Assembly (NCBI GenBank): GCA_965223295.1
Contig: CBDCWC010000003.1
Span: 128,001-192,000, forward strand
DNA from: Nitrospirales bacterium
GTDB taxonomy: Bacteria > Nitrospirota > Nitrospiria > Nitrospirales > UBA8639
DNA: 64,000 nt
Reading direction: 5' to 3'
Position numbers and translations under genes: made by a program. Position 1 is the first letter of the stretch. The number at the start of each line of letters is the position of its first letter. Of this stretch, positions 8,845-18,702 are shown in pieces. Below the pieces are notes generated by a model that ran no database searches, was not told where the DNA came from, and saw only the letters and a program-made list of their open reading frames with translations.

Positions 8845-11800
8845 TTATTGAATGAGTTGCCAATCCCCCTGTGGATCGTGAAAAAAGAACTCTTTGATGG
8901 CCGGATCTAACGCCACGAGATTAATCCATTGATTGCCAATGAGTCGTTTAAGAATATCATGCCGAGAAATGATCGCGCTGATTCGTTCCCGTGGCGCTTC
9001 AATAATAACAAATAATCGCATGGGTTCATGATAGGGCTCTTCTCCGTTGAGAACTGTCTGGACTGGCAGTCCTACACAGAGATCACTTTGAGACCCATAC
9101 ATTACCCCCACGCGACTAACCACATTATGATAGACTTTACTGCCAGCGCCATACACCAAGGGATCCACCGTGGAGAAATAATGTTCCATATTGATCCAAT
9201 TACCAACGATCATCGGCGCGGTCATGATAATTTCTAAATATTTTCCTGTTCGATCTTGCAAATGATCATATGAGTGCAAAAACGTTCGCCCTTCAAGATT
9301 GACTCCTTGCGTCAAGAGACGCCGTCCCACAATAAACGCCGTATGTCGCGAAAGACCCCATTCGGGTCGAACTTGAGACCAATCGATGCTGCGCTGTTTG
9401 GTTCGCTCAGAAGCCTCACGTAAAGACTGGCAGCCTGCCTCGTCAGGAAAGCGGGTTAATCGTTCCATGCTATTTCGGCGAGTGGCTTCTTCCAAGTCAT
9501 GGTGCAATCTCAGTAAATCTTTACGATGCGTGGCTGGGACATCTTCCAGATCAAACAATTCGACTTCGTCAGTGGTGGTGTCGTGTTGGCCTGGAAGGAA
9601 ATGGGTATCAGGAGGAATATGAATGCCTTTCTGTGCCAGAACTTGTCGCACCTGTCCTTTGTTGGCCATGGCCGCAAAGGCTCGAGCATTCGAGACGCCA
9701 TGGTTCCCTCCACAAGCCCCACAATCTAACGCTGATTCATAGGGGTTGTTGTCCGATACACTGCCGTGTGCACAGATTAAGACTAATCTGGAAAATATTT
9801 TGGTAAAACCTAAAGCCCGAAGAGCGGTTTCCACAAAATGCGCCTGCTCGGTTGTCGTGAATCCTGTCTGCGTAATACGATGCATTCGATTGGTGACTGC
9901 GCGTTCGTGCACACCATATTGGCCCCTTAAGCCTTGAATAAATTGCTTGTGGTCAGATTCCGTCCACTGGAGCTTGCTGAGTAATTCCCTGTCTTCATGG
10001 GGATCAAAGGCTATTTGACCCAGTGTCTGCTTGCGAAGTCGTTCGACTTGGTCATGTGAAACGGCATTGCCTTGCCTACCGAATCGTTCAATGAGCATGC
10101 GATAGATCGTCGCACGGTGCTCTGAGGCAACCATTTCCTCTGCCTCCTGGTATGTGAGTTTTTCAACGGTTAACGTTGTTCCAATAGGAATGGAAAACCG
10201 CTCTTTAAACCAGGAGGTGATCCGCTTAAACCATAAGGGACTCAAGGTTTGGCCAAAGAGCCTGAACCCGAAAAACCAGCCAATGGCTTCAACCATGACA
10301 TAAGGAGTAATGACATTCTCTTTCAAATCATGAAGCAGCGTGTGCCCAGTTTTGGCTAACTGTTGTCGTTCAAGAAATTGTTCCGCAGCCTTTCCTTGAT
10401 AGGCGCGTGGAATTTCTTTTACCACATGTTTGGGTTTGAGGAGCACCGGACATTGATCGGTCTCTTGCTCACTGCCAAACGCCTGATAGGAAAGGGGAAC
10501 GCCGAAAAATCCGGCGAACCCAAAGGTCTCATTGCCCCCGACTTCTTCGAAATGTCGACGAAAACCTTCCGACCGAACATCAATGCAGAAAATCCCTTGA
10601 GCCAACGGACGTGATTTAGCGGGTTGCTCCTCTGACTCATCAATTTTTTCGAGTTTCTCAAGATTCGGAGAAAAACGTGGAAGAAAATCCTTGATGTACG
10701 TGAGTTCAAATGCTTTTAACCAAAGCGGACCATGTTGTGACTCTGGAAATTTTGACACCCATTCAAGCAATCCCTCCAAGGCTTGGTTGGAACTGGCGAC
10801 TAACTCTTTGACAGGGCAGTCAAGGGATTTGGCGAGGTGCAACACAATTAAGGCCTTTTGATGAATGTCTTGTTCCCGGCGAATCGATTGCCATGTTTCG
10901 CTGATGTGGACGGCACTATAATCCAGGGCATCAATACGCAAAGGGCGTTCCACGAAAAGCGAAAGACTAAGATCGTTTACAACTTTTTCCGGCAAGCCTG
11001 TGAGCTTCCATTCCTTGTAAAGTCCGTATCCAGTAGGATGACTTTCTAGATAGGAACAAATCGAAGGATACGTTCCTGGGATGCCGAGTTGGCCTTGACA
11101 AGCCAATGCAACCAGCTCTCTTTCATAAAACAAGCGAACCGCGAGGTATTTGACCAGATCGATGCGATTGACATTCTGCCATGGATAATCCAACTGTTCC
11201 GATCGCCATTTGATGAACCCAGCCCATCCTGAGAGCTGGGCCAAATGCATGGTAAAATAATCAATCCACAATTCATGGGGAATGGCCATGCTCTCAAGGC
11301 TTTCGGCGATGGTATCCTCGGGTCGGTTTGGAAGATTTCGAATTTTGGACTGCCATTGTGGAATGCCTAACACCGAGCCAGACCGATCCTCCTGGGCCAA
11401 GACTTTCCATCCGCCATAAAAGGTTTTTTCTCGAAAAGGCATGGGCCAGGGAGCATGTCCTTCATCCAGGAAACCGCCACACCACTTAATGAGCTCTTGG
11501 TTAACAAGGTCTTGAACCGAGGTACTGAGAGTTTGATCGCACCAGGAAGACAATGTGTAGGCCGACGCAAGTTCTTTTTGCTCAATGGCTGCATGGTCAT
11601 TGAAAGAAAACGTGGGCGGTTTCGAATCGAACAGAGCGTCGAGTTTGTTAATAAGCTCAGTGATATCACTATCCCGTTTGGCATTCTGCACGATGGCTGA
11701 AGCTACGTCCGGTGCTGTATAACCAGTTCCAGAAATGAGCATCGTGCGTAAGGCTTCCAGATGGGATATTTTTCGATTGCCGATGGCAACGAGTTGATTT

Positions 11801-12090
11801 TGAACCTGCTCCTTCAAGACCTCATTAATAGCGTCTTGTGTGATGCGGCCTTGTTGGCAGTAGTTCCGGTATTCTTCATTCGATAGATACCCTTTGCCAC
11901 CAAGAAACCTTGTCCCTTGGTTAATGGCCTCATTGAAGGATAGATGTTCTAATCCGTGGAGGGGATTATGGTGAATAAAGGTTTGCATGGGCCAAAAATG
12001 AGAAATGGGCTCACTCGCCAATTTGACGAGCGAGCGAATTTCCATTCGCTGACCTTCTTTTGATTGAACCAGTTCTTTGACTTCAGCCAC
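8845..12090 (-). CDS. dabA: DabA (DUF2309) beta-carbonic-anhydrase-like subunit of the DAB inorganic carbon pump
   Basis: WPMQTFIHHNPLHGLE; Zn-ligand motifs FCIDVRSE, CAHGS, ALDCGACGG; DWSQVRPEWGL, GRTFLHSYD, HEPMRL. Confidence 0.95.
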   Translation of the reverse strand: MAEVKELVQSKEGQRMEIRSLVKLASEPISHFWPMQTFIHHNPLHGLEHLSFNEAINQGTRFLGGKGYLSNEEYRNYCQQGRITQDAINEVLKEQVQNQLVAIGNRKISHLEALRTMLISGTGYTAPDVASAIVQNAKRDSDITELINKLDALFDSKPPTFSFNDHAAIEQKELASAYTLSSWCDQTLSTSVQDLVNQELIKWCGGFLDEGHAPWPMPFREKTFYGGWKVLAQEDRSGSVLGIPQWQSKIRNLPNRPEDTIAESLESMAIPHELWIDYFTMHLAQLSGWAGFIKWRSEQLDYPWQNVNRIDLVKYLAVRLFYERELVALACQGQLGIPGTYPSICSYLESHPTGYGLYKEWKLTGLPEKVVNDLSLSLFVERPLRIDALDYSAVHISETWQSIRREQDIHQKALIVLHLAKSLDCPVKELVASSNQALEGLLEWVSKFPESQHGPLWLKAFELTYIKDFLPRFSPNLEKLEKIDESEEQPAKSRPLAQGIFCIDVRSEGFRRHFEEVGGNETFGFAGFFGVPLSYQAFGSEQETDQCPVLLKPKHVVKEIPRAYQGKAAEQFLERQQLAKTGHTLLHDLKENVITPYVMVEAIGWFFGFRLFGQTLSPLWFKRITSWFKERFSIPIGTTLTVEKLTYQEAEEMVASEHRATIYRMLIERFGRQGNAVSHDQVERLRKQTLGQIAFDPHEDRELLSKLQWTESDHKQFIQGLRGQYGVHERAVTNRMHRITQTGFTTTEQAHFVETALRALGFTKIFSRLVLICAHGSVSDNNPYESALDCGACGGNHGVSNARAFAAMANKGQVRQVLAQKGIHIPPDTHFLPGQHDTTTDEVELFDLEDVPATHRKDLLRLHHDLEEATRRNSMERLTRFPDEAGCQSLREASERTKQRSIDWSQVRPEWGLSRHTAFIVGRRLLTQGVNLEGRTFLHSYDHLQDRTGKYLEIIMTAPMIVGNWINMEHYFSTVDPLVYGAGSKVYHNVVSRVGVMYGSQSDLCVGLPVQTVLNGEEPYHEPMRLFVIIEAPRERISAIISRHDILKRLIGNQWINLVALDPAIKEFFFHDPQGDWQLIQ

Positions 12091-12102
12091 AATCGATACT
12101 CT

Positions 12103-13179
12103 CTAATACAACAGCCCACTATAACCGGCTGCAGCAATGAGTAGAGCAAGAGCGCCGATTTCGCTTCCGGTCAAGTCCGTGTAGGGAATATCCGGTCTGG
12201 CCCTTCCAAAAGCTGTTTGATGCAGCAAGTGTGAAAAATACCAACTACCAAAAGTCCACACAACGAATATGATTACGCAAATGATGATAAGGGAGACATA
12301 TTGACCGTCCATTGTTGGCAAGGCAGGTAACCCTGACAACATTGGAACAATGGGAAGCGCTACAGCGATACTGATCAGAATAATCAATAACACCCCAAGT
12401 CGGGGCATGACCAAGGCTAAGCCTGGCAGGGTTCCTAACGCATGTGAACCAAACCTCTGCTGAATGCAGTGATACGTGAAAAAAAGACCAGTTAAGACCA
12501 AGGCAATGGTTAATCCAAATGGCAGTAACCATTGGGAAAACGTGGAGAACACCGTAGCGATCCCCCACAACATGGATACGTGCGCAATGACAGCGTACGT
12601 GAGTAAGGACCGAACTTGGCTTTGTCCCAAGCATTTGACTGAGGAATACAGCGCACTACCTAAAGCTAACCAGGAAATCGCGGCTAGCATTCCTTCCGAC
12701 AAGAAATTTTGGAGCTCCGTGAGCTCAGCCAATCCAAGAGAAAGGAACACGGTCGTCCATAGACCGGATACTGCTCCATAAGAAGAACTCACGAGTAACG
12801 CGAACGGTATATGGAAAGGAAGGAGTGGCAGGAATGTCACCGTCAGAAACAATCCAGCGTATAGGGCTAAGGAATTTTCCGTGAATGTAGCACCCAGGGT
12901 AAGAAGAATCGCCAGAGCTAGCTGAGCGAGACTGATTGTTTTTAGCGAAGCAGGACAATGAGACTTAAAGAGAGAATACGCTGCAAAGCTAAGAACACCA
13001 ACAAGACAATATCGATTGAAGGGCGAGGGTATCAGCAAAGCTCCAAGCCCCAGTCCAGACACAACAAGAATTTCCACAAGTGTCGTTGACGAAGAATTTG
13101 AACGATGTTGCGCAAGGATTGCGCACAAAGCTGAAAGGATGATTGCACATGAAAGTATGGCAGAAGTTTCTAAAGTCAT
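12103..13179 (-). CDS. Degenerate NuoM/MrpD-like membrane protein in the DAB operon
   Basis: Highly hydrophobic; FLPLLPFH, LLTYAVIAHVSM, LPGLALVMPRL, HQTAFG...DL motifs of the antiporter-like fold. Confidence 0.75.
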   Translation of the reverse strand: MTLETSAILSCAIILSALCAILAQHRSNSSSTTLVEILVVSGLGLGALLIPSPFNRYCLVGVLSFAAYSLFKSHCPASLKTISLAQLALAILLTLGATFTENSLALYAGLFLTVTFLPLLPFHIPFALLVSSSYGAVSGLWTTVFLSLGLAELTELQNFLSEGMLAAISWLALGSALYSSVKCLGQSQVRSLLTYAVIAHVSMLWGIATVFSTFSQWLLPFGLTIALVLTGLFFTYHCIQQRFGSHALGTLPGLALVMPRLGVLLIILISIAVALPIVPMLSGLPALPTMDGQYVSLIIICVIIFVVWTFGSWYFSHLLHQTAFGRARPDIPYTDLTGSEIGALALLIAAAGYSGLLY

Positions 13180-13208
13180 GAGAGTCTCAGTCTAACCCAG
13201 GGCTGCGC

Positions 13209-14903
13209 TTAATACCGATTCCCGATTTTTTGAGCCCATTGAAAGAGTGCGTTCCCCCACTTCATATATATGAGGTCCACATAAAGCCGGTTGCTCAGAA
13301 ACATATACATTTTTTGTTGAATGGCTTGACTCCAGTCTGGATTCAGGATCTTTTGTCCTTTCGCATCGGTATAGCCATAAATCCACCCAAAAAGAATTAA
13401 GACTGTGGCAAGCAACACGAATACATCAAATACCGTTGGATTCAAGGCCGCCGCCACGAAGAAGGCATCTGCAACGCCCGGTTCGGGGTAGAGAAAATGG
13501 GTAAAAAGTTCGCCAGCCCACAAGTACGTAAACCCAATGAGAAATAATGCGGCAATCATTGCGCTGGCCACTTTCCACGAAGCCACGGCATGCAATCGAT
13601 ACAAGCTGAAAATGGCTTGGGAGGCCGTGACCCAACTGAAAAAGAGAAAGATGACTGCCCCGTGGGCATCCTGAAGTGGGACCTCCAACAGATCATGAGC
13701 CACCATCAAAATAATAAAGGGCATGATCAACGTCACAATCAACCCCGTCACCCACGTTGCTTGGGCAGGCAGTCTGGTTGGTTCATGGCTAGAAGAAGCT
13801 GGAAACTTGGGTTCGTAACGAGCGCTATGAATCACATTGCCGGCGCTGAGGAATAGAGAGGCTTTAAAGAGTCCATGAGCAATGAGGTGGAATATGGCAA
13901 GCGCAAAAGCTCCCAGCCCACATTCCATGATCATATAGCCCATTTGACCCATTGTTGAGTATCCGAGGGTTTTCTTAATGTCGTTTTGGACGAGCATCAT
14001 GGATGCACCCAACAGCACGGTCAGCGCACCAATGACAAACACAATATGTAGAGTGTTGGGTGAAAGAGCATAAAGCGGAGCCAGCCGATTGAGAAGGAAT
14101 CCTCCTGCATTGATGATTCCCGCGTGCATAAGGGCCGAGACAGGAGTGGGAGAATCCATAGTATCGGGCAGCCACACATGTAGAGGAAATTGGGACGACT
14201 TGGCGATGGCTCCAACAAAGATCAGCAAGGTAATGACTGAGACGGCACTGACGTTGAAGAGATTTCCTGGCAGAAGCGAAATCACATGAGAGTGTTGTGC
14301 AGCTTGCTCAAAGAGTTCATGAAACTCAAGGGTCCCGAAATATTTGTACGTCAGAAAGATCCCACAAAGAAAGGCGACATCGCCAACGCGATGCACCATA
14401 AAGGTCTTAAACGCATTCTGATAGGCAGGTACATGCGAATAATTAAATGCAAGAATCAGATACAGGGTCCAACTTAAGAGCTGCCAAAACACGAACAACA
14501 TCAGAAGGTTCGGGCTAGAAACCAGCGAAAGAATAACAAAGGTCATGAGACCCAGTAAGGCAAAGAATCGAGCATAGCCAGGATCGCCTTCTAGGTACCG
14601 AACGGAGTACACATGAATAACGGTGCTGACACTCGTGATCAACACCATCATGACGGCCGTTAAACGATCAATCAACATGCCAATCTTCAGGACGGCAGAG
14701 TTTTCAGATCCAAAAGGCCACAACGTGATATGTATGTCACCTACCGTACTCACATAGTAAAGCGTCCACAAAGAAAACAAACATGAGCTCATGATGGCGA
14801 TCACACCAATTTTTGCTACATGAGTGACGATACGGTTCCCAAATGAACCAATGAGAATTCCGGATGAGAGAGGGAAAAGAAGAATAAGAATCGAAATCAT
14901 CAT
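13209..14903 (-). CDS. dabB: DabB (NuoL/ND5-like) membrane subunit
   Basis: IDRLTAVM, HRVGD, AKSSQFPLHVWLPDTMDSPTPVSALMHAG, DIKKTLGYSTMGQMG, HLIAHGLFKASLFL; in the same operon as dabA. Confidence 0.92.
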   Translation of the reverse strand: MMISILILLFPLSSGILIGSFGNRIVTHVAKIGVIAIMSSCLFSLWTLYYVSTVGDIHITLWPFGSENSAVLKIGMLIDRLTAVMMVLITSVSTVIHVYSVRYLEGDPGYARFFALLGLMTFVILSLVSSPNLLMLFVFWQLLSWTLYLILAFNYSHVPAYQNAFKTFMVHRVGDVAFLCGIFLTYKYFGTLEFHELFEQAAQHSHVISLLPGNLFNVSAVSVITLLIFVGAIAKSSQFPLHVWLPDTMDSPTPVSALMHAGIINAGGFLLNRLAPLYALSPNTLHIVFVIGALTVLLGASMMLVQNDIKKTLGYSTMGQMGYMIMECGLGAFALAIFHLIAHGLFKASLFLSAGNVIHSARYEPKFPASSSHEPTRLPAQATWVTGLIVTLIMPFIILMVAHDLLEVPLQDAHGAVIFLFFSWVTASQAIFSLYRLHAVASWKVASAMIAALFLIGFTYLWAGELFTHFLYPEPGVADAFFVAAALNPTVFDVFVLLATVLILFGWIYGYTDAKGQKILNPDWSQAIQQKMYMFLSNRLYVDLIYMKWGNALFQWAQKIGNRY

Positions 14904-15246
14904 GACGTGAATACAAACTTCTGCACGAGGCTCATAGCAAAGATGCCCGCGCGTTCACTACCAACTTTAGTCATAGAGATTTTGATGAAAGTTCTACACT
15001 AATTTATCAAGCATTCCCATGAAGTTACGCAATCTATCTTTAGACCCATGACTTATAGGGCATTGGAGGAAACACCTTTAGTATATTTGGTCCAAGAAAG
15101 TTAGGGGGAAATCTTTCCTGTTTGAGAAGGATGATAAGATATATCTTGATGACGTTGTCGCCTTACGTTGAAGTGGCTTACAAAACCAGTCCACAAAGGT
15201 TTCCGGAATCTCAATTAATTCAATATTGCCAAAATTATCTTCTTAA

Positions 15247-15468
15247 GGGAATATTGAAGAAAGTCGCCAGCGTCGTTCTCATCATTGTTCCGTGCTCATG
15301 TCGTCCCAGTACGCTCCGCGCAAAAATGGTTGTGGCCTTGCCGGACCTGGCTTCGCCGAATCGGCTTCGCGCAGGCGAGCGGACTGTTTTGACCATTCCC
15401 ATCGCATTGAAGTCGCCATGGCTCTGAAGGCCTTTTTGTAACTGGAAAGTGAGTGATGCAACAGTCCC
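15247..15468 (+). mobile_element. MITE copy 4 (222 bp, module A, divergent 3' arm)
   Basis: GGGAATATTGAA...TGCAACAGTCCC; perfect TSD CTTAA at 15242-15246 and 15469-15473. Confidence 0.85.
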
Positions 15469-15544
15469 CTTAAGATCAATCCGATACGAGGTCAGATAAC
15501 ACGACGACACTCCCAGCATAAGCCAGGAGTGTCGTCGTGAATGG

Positions 15545-17059
15545 TTACGGCGTGATGGATAAGAAGATCGTACTTCCGCCTCTTTGAATGAGCAGCAAGA
15601 CACGATCATCGGCATCAAGCTTTTTGGTCAGACGTTGAAAATCTGAGATATCTCTGACAGACTGCCGATTGATTTCTCGAATAATATCGCCTGCACGAAT
15701 CCCTGCACGGCTGGCTGCACTACCAGACTTCACCTCTGTGACTTCAACGCCTTTTTCTCCAGAGGAATACGGCTTAACCGTGATCCCACTCAACACATGC
15801 TTTCCTCGTGCTTCACCACTAGAGGCAAACGTTTCAAGATCTTTGGGCATCTCCGCAATCGTCACGTCCACATTCTGCTCATCTCCATCCCTCAGCACAT
15901 GAATCGTAACTGAACTATTGGGTTGGGTTTCGGCCACCAGTGATCGTAAATGTCGCGAATCTTTGACATCCTGAGAATCATATTTTCGAATAATATCCCC
16001 ACGCTTGAGGCCAGCATCTTCCGCAGGGCTATCATCGACAACATCGCTCACGAGCACTCCGCGTTGATCGGGAGCATCAAACTGCTCTTGTAGATCAGCA
16101 TTAAGATCTTGAATAGACACACCTAACCACCCTCGCACGACTTTGCCGTGCTCGATCAAATTCGTCTGAATGGCCTTGCCCATATGACTAGGGATGGCAA
16201 ACCCAATCCCCATATAGCCTCCAGATCGACTAAAAATCGCGGTATTGATCCCCACTAACTCTCCTTGCAGATTTACTAAGGCTCCACCAGAATTCCCCGG
16301 ATTAATCGCCGCGTCCGTCTGAATGAAATCTTCGTAATCCACAATACCGACATTTGCTCGTCCCACGGCGCTGACAATGCCCATCGTAACCGTTTGGTTC
16401 AAGCCAAAGGGATTGCCAATCGCCATCACAATTTCGCCAACTTCCAACTCCTGTGAGTCTCCCCAGTGCAACACAGGTAGATCATCGGCCTCTATTTTGA
16501 TAAGTGCTAAATCGGTTTTAGGATCAGTGCCAATCACTTCCGCCTCAAACTGCCGTTTATCCGAGAGGGTCACCTGAATCTCATCTCCAGACTCAACCAC
16601 ATGATTATTGGTGATAATGTACCCATCTTTTCTGACAATGACACCTGACCCCGCGCCTTGTTGACGAGGCGAATCTTGGGGTCGAAATCTTTTTTCAAAT
16701 TCCTCTCCAAAGAAACGACGGAAAAACGGATCATCAAAGAACGGTGACTGTCTTAAGTCTTGATTTTTTCCTGAAAATGTTGTGGAGATATTGACGACTG
16801 CCGGACGGGCCTTTTTTGCAACTTGAATAAGAGTGCTATTGCGGGCTTCGATATCACCTTCTCCCCTAAGCAGCGCTCCCGAAAGCAACGGCTTTCCAGA
16901 AGAGGATGTGTCAATACCCTCTGTTTCAGCTCCCTGCGAAAAGCTGAGGTCTCCACTAAGCCCCACCCCCAAAAGTATTCCAACGACAAGGAACCCTACC
17001 CCTACGATGGTCAATAAGATTCCATGCTGCTGCTTGTTGGCTCTTAAGATATTTTTCAT
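15545..17059 (-). CDS. degP: DegP/HtrA (Do-family) serine protease with two PDZ domains
   Basis: GSGVI, TNNHVV, DPKTDLA, FIQTDAAINPGNSGGAL, two PDZ domains; start ATG 17059. Confidence 0.95.
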   Translation of the reverse strand: MKNILRANKQQHGILLTIVGVGFLVVGILLGVGLSGDLSFSQGAETEGIDTSSSGKPLLSGALLRGEGDIEARNSTLIQVAKKARPAVVNISTTFSGKNQDLRQSPFFDDPFFRRFFGEEFEKRFRPQDSPRQQGAGSGVIVRKDGYIITNNHVVESGDEIQVTLSDKRQFEAEVIGTDPKTDLALIKIEADDLPVLHWGDSQELEVGEIVMAIGNPFGLNQTVTMGIVSAVGRANVGIVDYEDFIQTDAAINPGNSGGALVNLQGELVGINTAIFSRSGGYMGIGFAIPSHMGKAIQTNLIEHGKVVRGWLGVSIQDLNADLQEQFDAPDQRGVLVSDVVDDSPAEDAGLKRGDIIRKYDSQDVKDSRHLRSLVAETQPNSSVTIHVLRDGDEQNVDVTIAEMPKDLETFASSGEARGKHVLSGITVKPYSSGEKGVEVTEVKSGSAASRAGIRAGDIIREINRQSVRDISDFQRLTKKLDADDRVLLLIQRGGSTIFLSITP

Positions 17060-17164
17060 AGCTCTCCCTCCCACATGAACCAGTCAGCGTACAACATGAA
17101 CTACCCGCTTACACATCTTTAATCGCGCTGCCACGGAGCCACCACCCGACAAGCATAATTTTCT

Positions 17165-17191
17165 AATAATGTTAAAGGAGAAAAAGTCAAG
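17165..17191 (-). promoter_or_regulatory. Candidate sigma32-like promoter for degP
   Basis: CTTGAC-N15-ATTATT on the minus strand. Confidence 0.6.
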
Positions 17192-17349
17192 CCCCATGCC
17201 GCTGGCCGCCTTTCAGGTAAGGCAATCACCAAATGATTTCGGTGATCGATCGATAAAAGTTCCGACGGAAACCAGCCGAGGAACCTGTTCATAATTGTTC
17301 AATAGATGCCCTCAAAGTACGCCAAGGGGGCGAAGGTTATGGACTAAAT

Positions 17350-17376
17350 CTTGACATCATGGGCAGAGTGTTTAAC
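17350..17376 (+). promoter_or_regulatory. Candidate sigma32-like promoter for yfdX
   Basis: CTTGAC-N15-TTTAAC. Confidence 0.55.
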
Positions 17377-17430
17377 TGAGGGTTAAGAATACAGAATGAC
17401 CAAACTCATCAAAACAGAAAGGAGGAACCC

Positions 17431-18444
17431 ATGAAGATTCAGCATGCTTTCAAAAGTCTAGTGATAGGAGCGTTTATCCTTGGACTCAGCTTTGCCGTAC
17501 ACACATCATGGGCAAAGACAACCTCAAGCCCTATTGCAGTGAACCAGGAAACCACGACAAAAGCAGAAGAAGAAACACAGTCCGTGGAGTCAGAAGTGAC
17601 ATCTAAGGGAAATGAGGAAGTGGCAAAGAAACGTCAGGCATTGGTCAAAGAAGCCCTGACGGCTCTTTCGGAAACCAAGAAAGCGTTGAAAGCGCTCGAA
17701 GATGAGCGGCCCAAGGATGCGCTCACAGCATTGGCGGAAGTCACCGGCCAATTGGAAATCATCGTGTCACGTGACCCCAAACTGGCTTTTGTGCCTATTG
17801 ATATCGATGTCACTTCACATGACATTTATGCTGACCTAGACACGATCAATCGAGCTAAAGAACAAGCTGAAGAATTTCTGAAAAACGGCGACATACAAAA
17901 AGCCAGAGTTCTCCTGTCAGGTCTTGCCAGTGAGCTGGTGATGAGCACAATCAGTCTTCCGCTGGCAACCTATCCTGATGCCATCAAAGCAGTGGTGCCC
18001 TTGATCGATAAAGGAAAAATCGAAGAAGCAAAAGAAGCGTTGCAAGCCGCGTTACAAACCTTGGTGGTGACGAATAAGCTTGCCATCCCTCTGCCTGTGC
18101 TGCGAGCAGAAGCCATGATTCATCAAGCTGAAGAGTTGGCCCAAGATATAGAGACTCCGGAGATCGCAACAGATACGAAAAATCTTGAGGAAACGAACGA
18201 TTCAGCAGCAGAAAATGAAAATGTTCAAAAGGAAGAAATCTTGGCACAACTGCAGAATGCCCGGCAGCAATTACAAATGGCAGAAGCCTTGGGCTATGGC
18301 ATCAAAGAAGATCGCTACCAAGAATTTGAGAACACAATCGAAACCCTTGAGGCAAAGGTTCGGGACAAGGAATCGACAAGTAGCATCTTTGCGTCGCTGA
18401 AACAATCCCTATCCCAATTCAAAGAATTCCTCTTTGATGGATAA
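17431..18444 (+). CDS. YfdX-family periplasmic protein
   Basis: Signal peptide; ALAEVTGQLEIIVSRDPKLA, LASELV...LPLATYPDAIK...EEAKEALQAALQTLVV...IPLPVLRAE, AEALGYG. Confidence 0.82.
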   Translation: MKIQHAFKSLVIGAFILGLSFAVHTSWAKTTSSPIAVNQETTTKAEEETQSVESEVTSKGNEEVAKKRQALVKEALTALSETKKALKALEDERPKDALTALAEVTGQLEIIVSRDPKLAFVPIDIDVTSHDIYADLDTINRAKEQAEEFLKNGDIQKARVLLSGLASELVMSTISLPLATYPDAIKAVVPLIDKGKIEEAKEALQAALQTLVVTNKLAIPLPVLRAEAMIHQAEELAQDIETPEIATDTKNLEETNDSAAENENVQKEEILAQLQNARQQLQMAEALGYGIKEDRYQEFENTIETLEAKVRDKESTSSIFASLKQSLSQFKEFLFDG

Positions 18445-18483
18445 AATGGTGTTTTGTTTCAGAAACGGATAGGCCAAATACAA

Positions 18484-18560
18484 GACAGGGGCGGAAAGTG
18501 ATCGTGCCAACAAATAGCAATGATTATGTTGGAACGCTTTCCGCCCTTGTCCTTTCTCTT
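18484..18560 (+). terminator. Long hairpin downstream of yfdX, terminator-like
   Basis: GACAGGGGCGGAAAG / CTTTCCGCCCTTGTC outer stem, inner CCAACA/TGTTGG, followed by CTTTCTCTT. Confidence 0.5.
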
Positions 18561-18702
18561 GGCATACATCCATCCAGTTTTTAGCATCTGACTAACAAAA
18601 CATTTCTATTCTACAGATCGTTGCTATGCAACAAGATAGGGTCGATACCCCCATCTCTATTCAGACACAAAACTTGTTTCAAATCGTGATGGACATAACA
18701 CG

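Noticed and set aside
14960-15010. Possible fourth LysR box upstream of dabB (ATAGAGATTTTGAT)
   Set aside because: Only one half-site resembles the others, the spacing is off by one and the GACAA -35 is missing, so direct LysR control of dab is not supported.
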